Source: Vicugna vicugna
Taxonomy: Eukaryota
NCBI GenBank assembly: GCA_013265495.1
Contig: MU058213.1
Location: 620,001 to 684,000, forward strand
Reading direction: 5' to 3'
Length of the DNA stretch: 64,000 nt
The position numbers were made by a program, and so were the translations under genes. Shown here in pieces: positions 1-13,639 of the stretch. Position 1 is the first letter of the stretch. Every line of letters begins with the position of its first letter. The notes below the pieces were generated by a model. The model did no database searches, was not told where the DNA came from, and saw nothing but the letters and a program-made list of their open reading frames with translations.

Positions 1-1120
1 CTGAGGGGAAGGGGCAATCATAAGAGATTGTTTATACACAGAAGCACTGATGAAATAAATAGTCATATTAAGGATAATGGAAGTTAGATTTCTCACTGGT
101 AGAGATGGTAGTTACAATATATGAAGAGTGAGAAACTAGCATGAAGTAGTTGGTGTTGGACTGGAGTTGGAGGTATCGGCGTGAACTCATGATTCTGAAT
201 ATATAGAGATACAGAAATAAATAGAGATGTAAAATGTGTTTGTGTAAATATATATGTAAATTTATATACATAAATACACATATACACATACAGACATGTA
301 TTTCATATAGTCCCTAGATCTGTCCACGGAAAGGACCTAAAAACAGTGACACTTTAATAGCAATGAGCACACCTAATGCTGAGATCTTAGTTTCTGAATG
401 CCATTCTCCACCAAAAGGAACCAGAGCTCCTTGGAGAAATGGCTGATTCCAGAGCTGAGGCAGGAAAAGTATAAAATCAGCTTGGACCGTCTTGTGCAGC
501 AAGAGAAGTGTAAAAGGATGATGGAGATATGTTAAAAGGATAAAGAAGCCAACTTGAAAGGGATTCCACTGACCAAATGTGGAACAGTTTGAGTGTCAAA
601 ATAATGACAATAATGGATCATGGTCCATTGAATAAAATAGGAATTCCTTGGCCAGTATGGATATAAATAGGAAGTTTGATGAAGAATGGGATATTTACAT
701 AGCCTCAAAGTACTTCCATACAAAATACTTAATTACAAAAGGAAAAAAGAGTAACCTGACAGTAGCAAAGCCTGGCAGATGCAACTTTAATCAAGTTAGC
801 ATTACCACTGACAGGACAGATTGAAGTCAAGGGCCACCTGATGAAGAATGTCAAGGTCATGAAAGCAAAGGCTAGTGAACCATTCAAGATTGAAGAAGAC
901 TGAAGAGACAATTAAATACAACACATAATTTCTGGGCAGGATCCTTTTACTGTAAGAAGGACATTATTGGGACCATTGACTAAATTAGAATTAGCGTCTG
1001 AAAATTAGATAGTAACATATCAGTGTTAAATTCCTGATTTTATTATAGCAGTGGGGTTATCTAGATGAGTGTTCATTCGTTAAAAATATATACTAAAGCA
1101 TTTGGGATAATGAGCATTTT
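1..1120 (+). mobile_element. Old L1 3' region (L1MC4-like), resuming at ~7101-7222
   Basis: Recognisable L1MC 3' sequence (aaaggaaccagagctccttggagaaatggctgattccag). The terminal part with an A-rich tail (cttttctgtaagtttgaaatactttcaaaataaaaag) lies after the ERV-L at 7101-7222. Confidence 0.7.
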
Positions 1121-3561
1121 CACACTGTAGGCTCTGCAGGAAGAAGACTGAGTCAGAGTTTAGTGTCCAGGATGTTTACCAGGAAGTGCCTTTGGGATCA
1201 ACACCTGTGGAAGGGAAGAGACGGAAGCAGGCTTAGACGGAAGGAAAAGCAAGCTGCGTATAAGGAAGGCTCAGTAGCCTGAACTGACCCCACGAGGAAC
1301 TCTGGAGCTGCAATGGCTCTTCAGTGCTGTCCCAAACCAGGGTGGAATGGCTGGGCTTTAAAACCATGCTTTGATCAGCTAATGGATGTGGGCTGTCCTC
1401 AACGGGCCGTGAAATGTGATTAAGCAGCTCTCTGGTAGCTGGGACGAGAAGTTCTTCTGCAAAGAGACATCTTAGTGGCTCATCTCCATGTTCATTCCCT
1501 GTGCTACTCTCAGATGCATTTCTTCATATATGCTGAGGGGTAGCTTCTTCAGGTTTCTGATGAGCCTCTCCTCCTGGGGAAATTTAGAAGAGAAATGTTT
1601 GTAGGACAAACTACAGCCCTCTCTGCTGCAGCTGGTCTTGGTGCTACAATCGAAACTAACAGCCCCTCTTCTCAACTATCCTTTCTAAATTCCTCTCCTT
1701 CTCAGCCGCCATTTATCTTGGCCTCAGTGACTTCTCTGGGGCATAATGTAGATTCGAATCCCAGAGAGGGCTGTGTTCCTGGTCACTGTGTCTCCCCTGC
1801 ATTATCCATTTACTATTGCCACTGGGCAAGAGAATAAAAAGAAGCATCCAAGTAGATCATCTGGGTGCTAAAACATTTTTCCCTACCCTTATTGTATAAC
1901 AACAGACCTAAGTCCTTCTGATGATGAGGGTTAATTCCCCTGCTAAGGTGGTTCCTCTATTTCCACTCTACTTATCCCTGATACTAGGAGCCTAAAGTGC
2001 CCAGCAGCAGTTTGAGCTAGTAATTCAAAGGGACTTTTGCTGTATCCTCTGGTGGAAATATTTCCCTTTTGGGAACCAAGTCCTCTGACCCTGCCAAGTC
2101 CAGAATAGCAGGAACAGGAAGCATAAATTCCCCAAAGGGTCATTGGGATTAATGATTAGCAGGTCCACTCCTACGTCCATGTTTTGCTTCTCAGACCCAT
2201 GTATTCTTCCTTTTGGGAACACAGCACCACATAAAGATCTTTGATTCAATGTTTTTAATGTACCCAGGGGGAGGGCACTCCCAGAGCACTGCATGTCAGC
2301 TAACACTTCAGCTCTGTAAGGGCAGTGGCTTCAGGATGTTCCAGTCAGTGATACCATTGTCATAGCTCCACTCTCACATCTATTTTGCTGTGAATTGTAT
2401 CCCCTGGTCTGATGCAGTGTTATGTGAGGTCCCCTGCTGGTAGATCAAACAATGTATAAGCCCAGGGTGAGGCCTGAAGGTAAGACTTTTTAACCCTTAC
2501 CCAGAGTATGTTTCCATTCTTGTCAGTATGAAAAACACTGGCCCTTTCACAGTAGAAAAGTCTCAAAGTAGTCAACTTGCCACCCACTGGTCAGTTGGTT
2601 TCCTTGAGGAATGGTTCTCATTTATCTCTTCTGCTGTCAAGTCGGACATTTGGCAGTGGCAACAACCAGATCAGCCCTGATTAGGGGGAACTCATGCTAA
2701 TGGGCCCAGAAGAGCTTCAGTCTCTGCCACACGGTCCCTTCATTCATGTCTCTGTTTGTGCCAGCAATGGTGTGGTCAGTGACAGAGGTGGGGTCAAGGG
2801 GCTGAGTCATTTTATATAAAAGGGATTTACATCTGCCATTCTGCTTTCTTTTCTATATACCATGTCTTTTTTGCTCCTCTATTCCTATATTGTTGCCTTC
2901 TTTTTTGTTAAAAAGATATTTTCCAATGTACCATTTTAATTCCCTTGTCAAATATATATATATGTATATATATATTTTTTGAGGTATTTTCTTAGTGGTT
3001 GCTCTGGGGTTTACAATTGGCATCTAAATTTATAACAATGTGGTTCATACTAATACCAACTTAATTTCAATAGAACACAAAACCTTTGCTCCCAAATAGT
3101 TCTATTCCCTATGCCCTCTTTGTTTTCTTTTGCTTGTACAAACTGAGTAGTACCCCTATTGGCTGTCCATCTATTTTTCAGCAAATGATACCATGTTTTG
3201 CTAACTATCTCCATAACTAGTTGCCGCTTATCGTAATTGTGTCCACATGGTTTCTGAAACTTGGTGATGGCATCTGGTTCAATTACTTTTGGGTTGTATT
3301 AACCCCATTGCTAATAAGAATTGTCAGTTTTATAACAGCATCATCGCCTACCAGCAGTCCAGCCTGCAAAAGAGAGCCACCACTGAAATTCGTAGTGATT
3401 CTGGGGCCCTTTCACCAATACATTCCTTGTTGCTTTGGTAGACGGTCTGTCCTCCAGGTCCTCCCAAGGAACAGTCATCTGGTGGGTTTTCTGGTCTTAC
3501 AAAGTATATCTATGCCAGCATGTTCAAGTCCCTGAGTCCCTTCTCAAAAATTGAGATAGCA

Positions 3562-3696
3562 CTGTGGTAGCTCACAGCGAAAAAAAATGTGACTATGGAT
3601 ATATGTATGTTCATGTATAACTGAAAAATTGTGCTCTACACTGGGATTTGACATAACATTGTAAAATGACTACAACTTAATAAAAAAATGTTTTAG
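3562..3696 (+). mobile_element. Short 5'-truncated younger L1 3' end with TSD
   Basis: L1 3'-end sequence with AATAAA and A tail. TSD AAAA(T/C)TGAGATAGCA at 3547-3561 and 3697-3711. Confidence 0.8.
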
Positions 3697-4380
3697 AAAA
3701 CTGAGATAGCATTATGTACATAAAATCCACCATTCTGAAGTATAACACTCAATGGGTTTTAGTATGTTCACAAGGTTATGCAACCATCACCACAATCAAT
3801 TTTAGAATATTTTCATCACCCCAACATGTAACCCTGAGCCAGTTTGCAGTCACTCCTTTTTCTCCCTACTGGCAGTCCCTGGCAACAACTAATTTACTTT
3901 ATGTCCCTGTGGATTCACCTATTCTGGACATGTCATGTAAATGGAATCATACGATATGTGGCCTTTTATGTCTGCCTTCTTTCACTTAGCATAATGTTTT
4001 CAAGGTTCATCCATGAAATGTATATCAGAGTCTCATTCCTTTTCGTAGCTGAGTAATATTCTATTGTATGGATAGAACATATTTCATTTATCCATTCATC
4101 AGTTGATAAATATTTGGGTTGTTTCCTCTTTTTGACTATTATGGATAGTGCTGCTATTAATATTTGTGTACAAATTTTTGTGTGGAAATATGTTTTCATT
4201 TCTCTTGGATATATATACATAGGAATGGAATTCCTGGGTCAAATGATAACTCTGTGCTTAAAATTTTTAGCAATTGTCACATTGTCTTCTAAACTTGCTG
4301 CATCATTTTACTTTTCCACCAGCAATGTATGAGTGTTTCAATTTCCCCCGATGTCACCAACACTTATTCCCCACACCAAC

Positions 4381-4512
4381 TTTTTTTTTTTTGCTGGGGA
4401 GAAGTAGTTAGATTTATTTATTTATTTATTCTTAGAGGAAGTACTGGGGATTGAACCCAGGACCTCATGCATGCTAAGCATGCACTCTACCACTTGAACT
4501 ATACCCGCCCCC
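4381..4512 (-). mobile_element. tRNA-derived SINE (camelid Vic-1-like)
   Basis: Reverse complement GGGGCGGGTATAGTTCAAGTGGTAGAGTGCATGCTTAGCATGCATGAGGTCCTGGGTTCAATCCCCAGTAC has A and B boxes, then (AAAT)n and poly(A). Confidence 0.9.
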
Positions 4513-7500
4513 ATTTTTTTCTTATTAAAGTCATTCTATTGGTGTGAAGTGGTGTCTTACTGTGGTCATTTCTCTAATGACCACTGATGTTGAATGTATT
4601 TTCCAAAGCTTGTTGTGCATTTTGATATCTTTGGGAAGATGTCTGTTCAAATCTTCTGCCTATTTTAACATTTGGTTATTTGTCATTATCACTGAGTAAA
4701 GTTTTCTAGATACTAGATCTTTATCAGATACATGATTTGCAAAAATTTTCTCCTATTTTGTAGGTTATCTTTTGACTCTTTTGGTAGTGTTCTTTGAAGC
4801 ACAAAGCTTTTAATTTTGATGAAGTTCAAGTTTGGTTGACTGTGTTTTGTGTCGTGTCTAAGAAACCATTGCCTAACCTAAGGTCACAAAAATTTACACT
4901 TATTTTTTCCTAAGAGTTTTATAGCATTAGCTCTTACCTTTAAGACTACAATCCATTTTGACTTAATTTTTGCGTATTGGGTGAGATAAGGGTCCCAACT
5001 TATTTCATATGCTAGTTGCCCTAACACCATTTGTTGAAAAAAATTATTCTTTCTTTATAGAATAGTTTTTGGTATTCTTGTTGAAAATCCAATGCCCATA
5101 ATTGTGTAGGTCTACTTCTAGACCCTGAACTCTATTCTCTTGATCTATATGTCTATCCTTATGCCAGTACCACCCTGTTTTGGTTACTGTAGCTTTTTTG
5201 TAGTAAATTTTGAAACTGGGGATTGAATCCTCCACCTTTGCTCTTTTTCAAGATTGTTTTGGCTATTCAGGCTCCCTTACATTTCCGTATGAATTTAGGA
5301 TCAGTTGTTAATTTCTGCAAAAGGGTCAGATGGGATTTTGACAGGGATTGCTTTGGATCTATAGATCAATTTGAAGATTATTGCCATCTTAACAACATTA
5401 AGTCTTCCAATAAATGAACGTGGAATAGCTTTCCATTAATTTAGTTCTTTAATTTCTTTCAGCAATGTTTTGTAATCTTCAGTGTACATATCTTGTCAAA
5501 GTCACTTTTTTACTTCAGTGTACACGTCTTATTAAATTTACTCCTAGGTATTTTGTTATTTTTTATTTCCCTTAGTGTTTTAATCCTTTCCTCTGCCATC
5601 TGCCAAGACACGGCATTTTGATATCACTTAGCATGGGCCATCACTTTTTCCATGCTTCACAGGCACCACCTTACTAGCACGTTTACACTGATTCCTGTGG
5701 TCTTTGACAGAGTGTAAATCTTGTATTTTGGGAGTGTTTACCCAAATTGTTATCCGATCTTACACTCTATCCCCCTTAATCAAGAACCCTCAGAATCTAG
5801 TCCTATGTGTAGTACCCCATCTCCTGCAATCTGTGCTGGTTAAATCTTTTTGCTCTTTTGGGATATGGTTTCCCCCTCATCAGGCCTAGCATGCCCTCAG
5901 CTGGGTAATGATGCTACTTAACCCTAGTTACAGATTTAGTGGACAGGAGGGTAGGGGAAGATCCTGAGGGAGACACATGTTGTATTGCAGGAAAAGGCCT
6001 TGCCATTGTCTCAAGCAAGGGGAGTGTGTGGCTCTTAGTAGGGAAGAACTGCTCACTCTTCCAGGCTCAGAGGGTCAACAGAAACTTAGAAATTTAAGAT
6101 ATTGGGGGGGGGGCATCAACTCAGATGTCCCCATCCTGAATGTCAGCATCTCATTCTTTCTCAACAACAGCCCTGTCCTTGGATTAGGAGACCTAGCTTA
6201 GTTAGCTTAACATTTTTTGGAGCCTGGTCACACTGAAGATTTAGTTGGTCTGGTCCTCAGCTTTCTCTGCCCTCCCACTGCAAGTTATGAAAGCCTCTCT
6301 ACCAAAGAGACTCCCTGGCTTTCACACTTGGCTCTCAGTTGCCTGCTTGTCACTCCCTCAGCTTTTTGTTCTCTTCTCCTAGAGTTTCGTTGGAGTTAAA
6401 CAAGAAGCATCCAATCCCATTGTCCATAAGATTACTATGTTCTCCATATTACTGCACCAGCTAACACATTCTCTTTCACTTGTGTACTATAATAGTTCAC
6501 CACTGGAGAAGGTTTTAGTACTTAGACGGCTACCTCATGCCAGGGACTATCCGTTCTCCATCCATCACCAGCGCAGAGGTCCTCCTACCAGCTGGGTGGT
6601 GAACCAGCTCCAAAACCCCATCTTATCATGTTCTTCCTCAGATCTCTCCTGGCTCCAACTGTGGCAGTTTGGGCTTTCCTAGGAAGCAGACTCTGAGACA
6701 GAATTTAGTGTTCAGGGTAATTATGAGGGAGAGCTCTGGGGATCAATGTCTGTGGGCTAGAGGGGAAGGAAACAGGGTTGGGCAGAGGGAGAAGCTGATC
6801 TGAGATGCAGGCTGACAAGCTCAACGAGCCCCACTGGGAGCTCTCGAGCAGAAATGGCTCATCGAATTTGCCCTGCTCAGGGCCTGAATTACCAGGCCTC
6901 CCTATCCTTCCCTTGATCAATTGTTGGATTTGAGCCACATGGGAAAGGGGCATCTCCTAAGGCAATATAGCTCTCTGCAAATGAGCCAAACTCTGTAAGA
7001 AATGACAGTCGACAGCTGTGTGTTGACCACAGTCCCCACAGGTGGGCAGCAAGTCCTTCCTTGAAGGGTCTCTGGTCAATGCATCTCAATATCCACCACA
7101 CATGTCATGCCAGCAACTTACCCTCAAATGGTTCAGGTCAAAAAAAAAAGTTCATTATGTTATGTGTGCAACTTTTCTGTAAGTTTGAAATACTTTCAAA
7201 ATAAAAAGAACTTAAAAAAAAAAGAACATGCTTACATAAATTAAATGTGACTGAGGAAACACCTAGAAAAGAGCCTTCTGTTGCTGATCCAAAGAAAGGG
7301 GAATGGTGTGCAAAGATGAAAATTCATTTGAATGAGTAAAATATGGATCACCAGAAGAGTTAGTGGGAGGTAAGCCTGAAAAGGCAAGTTGAGGCGTCAT
7401 CCTTGCTGACACAACATACTTTGGAATAGAGCAATAACAGAAAATGCCTATTTCATCACAGCTGGACCTGCCTTTAATTTCACCTCCCCTCTTCTGAGTA

Positions 7501-10500
7501 GGTAAAGCCTTTTCCAGATTACCTTTAATAGTTACTGTTTCCTATCTGCCTCTTCCTTTTGTGCCTTTCCTCTCCAAGGCCATAATGGAACTTGGAATGT
7601 GAAGATGTGAGTCTTTGCTCGGCTTCCCATACGGGGATGAAGATTATTTTTAAAATTAATCTCTGAGTCACAGAGGGAGGAGGGAAAGAATCATTTTAAT
7701 CTCTTCCTTTTCCCTCCTTCATAACCTGCTGTACAGCTAAATCATTTTTCAAAAATCTGTCTTGTTCCCTCTTCCCCAAGAAACATTAGTCTTTTATTTT
7801 CCCTTTGAAAACAGTATTTATAAACCTTTGGAAGCCTCTAAAATTGGAAGAAATTTTCCTTTCCTGGATGGACCACCAGCTAAATTAGATCATCCTAACG
7901 CCGCTTTCATGTAAGTAAATCTGTTTCTTATAATATTGACTGTTGGCATCTGGGAGGTTGTATACAGTTCCTCCTTGTCCCCTTGTCCCTGTGCCGTTAG
8001 CTGTGTTCTGTCTGACTTCCCTTTGACTCTCCTGGGCTGAGCAGAAGGCACTCCTGCTCTCTGTGGGAGACGCAGGCGGAGACCGCTCCACCTTCCACCT
8101 TTGCAGCGTGCTGCGGCATGCCTCCTGCCTCACTATTCAACCACGTTTCTTTGAGGGAGAAATAAGCATGGAAACAGTGAATGCGACATTTACAAAAAAA
8201 GTTTTTACCAATTTACATAGTAAACGTTGAAGAAAAGCCCTACCTGAAGCCAAACTTACTCAAAAAGTGGGGAGAACGTTCTATCTTGGGTGAAGCAGGC
8301 ATTTAAAGCCTATCTGTGGAATGAATTGAATGGAAGGAGAGAGAGCTGGCTTAACTTCAGGAAACCATGGTTTAGACAGGCAAGCTTCTGGCTGGAGATA
8401 TTAATAGCACCCCTTATTTATGCTGTCATTTAGCATTTTCAGAGTGCTTTCACACACATTATCTCGCGAAATCCTTGGAACAGCGCTGCAAGGGAGGTGA
8501 GGCATTTTAATGATAAGATTAAATGACTTGCCTGGACTCTGACAACTAATAAGTGGTAGAACGGGGACCAGTACCTGGGTCTGCTGACTGCTGTTGGTGC
8601 CAGAATAGCCGATGGATCTTTCTGATTTCAGAGTGGAGTCCGCAAGGATTACTGCTAGGGGACTCGCCTTATTTCGGACTTTCATAGGCTGTCTGAAAGT
8701 GGGCTCATGTAAGAAAAGTGACTGGGCTGAGATGCCCTTAAGCTCTCCAGAGTAGTAACCACCAAGCAGATGGAACTAAATTGAAGAAAAGATAAATTGC
8801 ACAAAGCTATGTTAATGGACAGAAGTATGGCAGATGAGTTGCATTCTGAACTGATTGTGGATAATGCTTTTAGGACTGTTAGTCTGAAGGACACCTGAAA
8901 GAAGATGAGCTTGGAGCTATGATTTATTCCAGGAAACAGAACCACGAGTTATTGTTGACTGTTTTCTCAAGTCACATAACAATAAAACAGTAGGCCTCCT
9001 TGCTAAGAATGTGGAAAACAAAACTGAAAGCACTGTTTTGTCCTATATTCGACAAAATGGTGATGAAGCTATGCCTGGTATCATGCATCTAATTCTACCC
9101 CAAAACCTTAAAGAAGAGCCTAGTAAATATACCAGGTCATAGAAAAGGGCAGCTAAAATAGTCAAATAGATTCCCTAAGAAGAAAGTTGCTTTAAACACA
9201 GGATTAAGTAAGTGAGTATTTGGAGAAAATCCTTATTTACCTTCCTGAAGTTTAATGTCATACAGGGTAATTACAATATTCAAAAACACTTTATTTTCAA
9301 CATTTTATCGGGAGGACACTATATTCAACACTAGAGCTTAGAGTGAATAAAACATGGAAATTCACAATCATTGTCAGAGAATATCAGACTGGATGAATCT
9401 TTAGCCCAAGTCAGCAGTTTTTCTTGTGTTCTTAATGGATTGGCATCTGGTTTACAGTGCAGAGTTTCTTGGGTTTGGTTGGTATGTGTTGGTGGCCAGA
9501 GATCAATCAACCCTGGTGTACTTGCAATCAAGTTCTTCAAGCTGAAAATCTGAAGGATCAACTCTTCATGCCACCAGGGGATAAAGTGAAGTTACTACTA
9601 TTAATCACCTTCTTATTGATGTTGAGTTGTTTATCTGGGTCTTAGAGATACCATCCATTTCTGTGGTCTCAGGATTTCTTCTGAGCTAGGAAAAATATAG
9701 ATAGTCCCTGTATGACTGACTTATGTTCCCAAAGTTGAATTCTAACTTAGCTGTTTGAAACTGAAAATGCATATTCCCTAGAGAAATGTTGTGCCAAATA
9801 CTGGTTAGGTTCTCAGGCCAGCTTGTGGAAGCCCATTTATCCCAGAAGCAGCTCGACTGTGAGAGGATGAGAACTGTGACCCACACATTGTTTCTGTGGG
9901 AAAAAGTGCCCCAGCAGTGGAGCAAGGACTTCCTTCCGCCCCCACTTCCTACCTCCGTGAGTAGAAGCCAGTGTGTTTACTACAGGAAATGCAGCTCCTG
10001 CGTGTGGGCGGCTGGGGCCGCAGCAGCCTTGGATGCCTTATCCATGGGCAGAGATACCCTGGCACCTCTCCGGCCCTAGCCCTGTCAGGGAAGAGGGTGG
10101 GGCAGGTGTGGAGTCTTTCCCCAACCCACCTTCTCAGAGTAGGGCTGTTGGGACTCTTTAGGGGGTGGGAAGTGGTTCAAAACTGGCTACATACTTTCTG
10201 GGGCCTCTTGATCGAAAAGTAGAAAAAACAATGGATGGAGCTAAAGGTATTGAAATATAAAGACTTTTCCCTCTCTTCTGGTCTCTCTCTTGACTTGTCA
10301 TGGTGTTTAATTTAGAGAGTCAATAATAATAACTAATATCATTCTAAGTAAGGAAAAATTAAAAATTGGTTGTCAGCATGAATTTTATAGTTAATTTTTA
10401 TATTGTGCAATGCTAGTTTGAAATACAAATATGAGTAACTCTTATGTGAAAACACTAAAATGATACAATTTCTATGTTGCAGCTCTTACGTGTATATATA

Positions 10501-11797
10501 TTTTGTTCTCACCAGAGCAGTGGAAAACGCTGCAGAAAACTCACTTAACCAGTACTATTTCACTTCTTGATATGCACACACATTCTACCAACACTTTCTA
10601 CCTTTGACTTACTGAGAAAGAAAGGGTTGAAAGGAAAAATGTTTTCAGCATAGACGGTTGGCTAATATGGGGAAGTAACACAAGAAAGGGTATGACAGGG
10701 TTCCTTGGTCTTCTGTGTTTCTTAGAATGCCACTGCCTTCTTCCTGTGTTTGAAGCAAGTTCTGGTTCCACTGGAAAGCACAACTTCTCTGAGCTATCAG
10801 CACCCCAACTTAGTTGTAGACATAACACAACTTGAACTTATTTGCTTTGTTTCACTGAACCCCAAAGCATTGTGGGTCCTCCAGAATTCTGTGCTCATGG
10901 GGCACTGAGAAGGCTCTATGTGAATGGGGTGGCAAGGAGCAGTAGACATGCATGCTCCATTGTCCCATCCAACTGCACTACAAAACATGAGTTCAAAGAT
11001 AAATTAGAAATTTCAAGATGGCAATAGCAGTGTATTAAACCAAACACAGGTTCTTCCTGAGCATGGGGTCCTGCATAATGCCCTGGGTAGGGGATGGAGG
11101 GGAGGGCAAAGCGGGAGACCTCTGGTAGCCTGGGGTGGGAATTCACAGGGATAGAGCGACCCAGAATGGGCAGGTGGATCTCAAGCCTCCTGAGGGCCTG
11201 GGCATTTTCCTTTCAGAACAGCACAGCTAGAAACAGTGAAGGCTTCAGTCAGGACTCTAGAGGCGGGTACAGGCCTCTGGGGATGACATCTTCAGGCAAG
11301 GGTGTTCCAGTGGTGGTAACTACCAGCTTGCAAAATACATCAAATAGAAGGAGATGGGATTGTGGAAGGCAGACTTACTAAACTGTATTATATACTAGTT
11401 GCTAACAAGCACTCAGAATGACAGATGTAAACAAATCTTCAGCACAAGTTTACTTAGAGTTACAGATAGTGATTACCTTCTTCCCCAAACGACAGATAGC
11501 TGGCTATTTTGGAGGGCGAAAAGGAGGGGAATGACCTTGTGTACTGAAAGCTGCTTTGTCCCCACGAGTAAAACATTTATCACTCTGTGCGTGGGCTGAG
11601 GGGCAACTTTGCATTGGTATGGGTGGAGGCCCAGGCTGTTCTCAAAAACTAAGGATGATTATAGAGGACTTTGTGGTCTCAAGAGTTCAAGTTTCAAAAA
11701 TACGGACTATTTCCAGAAATGAGGAGCATCTAATACCCTCAGGCTAACAGGGCATTCAAGACAGGAGGCGGATGAACAGAGTACAGATAAAACATTT

Positions 11798-11926
11798 GGT
11801 AGGGTATAGCTCAGTGGTAGAGTGCATGTCTACCATGCACAAGGTCCTGGGTTCAATTGCTAGTACCCCCATTAAAAATAAATAAACCTAATTACGCCTC
11901 CCCCACCCCGAAAAGAAAAAAAAAAA
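11798..11926 (+). mobile_element. tRNA-derived SINE (Vic-1-like)
   Basis: GGGTATAGCTCAGTGGTAGAGTGCATG...GGTCCTGGGTTCAATT, AATAAATAAACCTAATTA and an A tail. Imperfect TSD aaaac(a)tttgg. Confidence 0.9.
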
Positions 11927-12420
11927 CTTTGGACCAAATTCCCCTAAAGCCGAGTGTTACCATTTCTCTGCTCCTCTTAAAAAGTGTGTGTTTGTGAAAG
12001 AGAGAGAAAAGGGAGCTACAACTATTGTATTAGCAGTTTAATTCTACCATTTCTACAAATTTATCTCACTTCCAGAAAATACTGACTTCCAAGGCAGATA
12101 AATTACAGGGAGGAGACTTTACTTATTTTTATAAAGTTACACCAGTAGGTATTTCCCAGTACATTCAAGTGTTTAGTTACATAACCATTATTTAGAAAGT
12201 GTACAGATTTTTCAGAGATTTATGTTACCAGGTTTTATCTTAAAAATTTAAGTAGCTTATTTCAACTTTTCTACAGAATCTTATTTATCATAGCCTAAGA
12301 GAATGACATAATGTTTATAAAGTATTTACCTGAAACAGGCTACTTGATAAATGCTATTACTATTCTGAGCGGTAAGCTCTTTGTTGCTCCATCAAGTTAA
12401 ATACACGATCCTTGATTTTC

Positions 12421-12728
12421 TTTCTTCTTTTTCTTTTATTGAAGTACAGTCAGTTACAATGTGTCAACTTCTGATGTACAGCACATTGTCCCATTCATGT
12501 GTATACATACGTACATATTCGCTTTCATATTCTTTTTCATTAAAGAAGAAATTTCATATACAGAAGAAATTTGTTTTTTTAAATCTATTTTTATATATAA
12601 TGGCTAATATTTGCAAATCTCAAACTCTCAAGTTTATCCTTTCCCACCCTCTTCCCCTCGGTAACCATAAGGTTGTTTACTATGTCTGCGAGTCTGTTTC
12701 TGTTTTGTAGATGAGTTCATCAGTGCAG
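12421..12728 (-). mobile_element. 5'-truncated L1 3' end with perfect 14-bp TSD
   Basis: ttttattgaagtacagtcagttacaatgtgtcaa L1 terminus. TSD GATCCTTGATTTTC at 12407-12420 and 12729-12742. Confidence 0.85.
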
Positions 12729-12851
12729 GATCCTTGATTTTCATTTACAGGTGTCTCTTACTTCAAAACACATTCATGTGATCTGCCAGTGACTGAACTC
12801 TACACCCAACTTTGATGGCTTTTGACTGAAAGCATTCTCTTCAAATCTTTA

Positions 12852-13520
12852 ACTGTAGTCCTCATTATTCACAGATTGCGAATTTGTTTACTTGCTAAAA
12901 TTTATATGTAACCCCTAAACCAATACTCACAACATTTCCACAGTCATTTTGGGACATGCAGAGTGGTAAAAAAAAAAAAATTGTTGCCCTATGTGCATGT
13001 CCCCATTGAGGTTGAATGAGGCAACACTCTGCCTTCTTGTTTCAATTCTCATTTTGTAAACAAATGTCCTTCCTGTGGTCTATCTAGCACCATGTTTTTG
13101 CATTTTTTGTTTTTTTTGTTTTAGCTGTTTAAAATGGCCCGTAAGCATAGTACTGATGTGTTGGCTAGTGTCTCTATGTGTAAGGAAGCTGTGATATGCC
13201 TTTTGGAGAAAATACATATGTAAGATAAGCTTCATTCACCATGAATTACAGTGCTGTTGGCCATCATTCAGTATTAATGAGTCAACAACATATATTAAAT
13301 AAAATGTCTTTAAACAGAAACAGACATAAAACAAGGTTATATATTAACTGGTTGGTAAACATGGGACTAGAGGCTTGCAGGAACCTAATCCTGTATTCTC
13401 CTTAGAAGCAATGCTAATAATTGCTTGGTAATAAAACAATGGTAATAATCAGCAGGCACTAACTCAGTGTTCCAAGTGGCTTTATAGAACATAACTACTA
13501 CAAACAACAATAATCAACTG
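12852..13520. mobile_element. TcMar-Tigger non-autonomous DNA transposon (MER82-like)
   Basis: About 670 bp, TA-flanked, with degenerate terminal inverted repeats (ctgtagtcctcattattc ... caacaataatcaactg). Internal sequence matches recalled MER82 consensus. Confidence 0.7.
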
Positions 13521-13639
13521 TACTTGGCAATGAATTTCTTCAGTGGAAACTTGTTTTGTTTACAAAACAAATTATAATGTGTTCTTTTAGAAATCATGTC
13601 TACGAAAGCAATCATTTTAAATTGAGTAGACACACTGAC

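Larger units (their letters stand above)
3545..5570 (-). mobile_element. L1 (L1MA/MB-like) 3' UTR plus ORF2 end, inserted in the ERV-L
   Basis: Minus ORFs 5044-5235 (FKIYYKKATVTKTGWYWHKDRHIDQ) and 3966-4220 (YYSATKRNE...WMNLENIMLSE) are L1 ORF2 C-terminal remnants. Confidence 0.9.
1126..7100 (-). mobile_element. Degraded ERV-L provirus with two LTR16-like LTRs (~1126-1495 and ~6660-7100)
   Basis: Two diverged direct repeats (gggatcaacacctgtggaagggaag vs gggatcaatgtctgtgggctagagggg). Minus-strand ORF 2025-2306 (LNQRSLCGAVFPKGRIHGS...NPNDPL) resembles the ERV-L integrase C-terminus and is followed by a dUTPase-like remnant (GHFRLL). Gag-like remnants at ~3150-3540 and ~5700-6600. Confidence 0.75.

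Noticed and set aside
11798..11926. tRNA genes (A/B boxes; also the six other copies)
   Set aside because: All carry SINE tails, A-rich ends or TSDs and lack an intact cloverleaf, so they are tRNA-derived SINEs.
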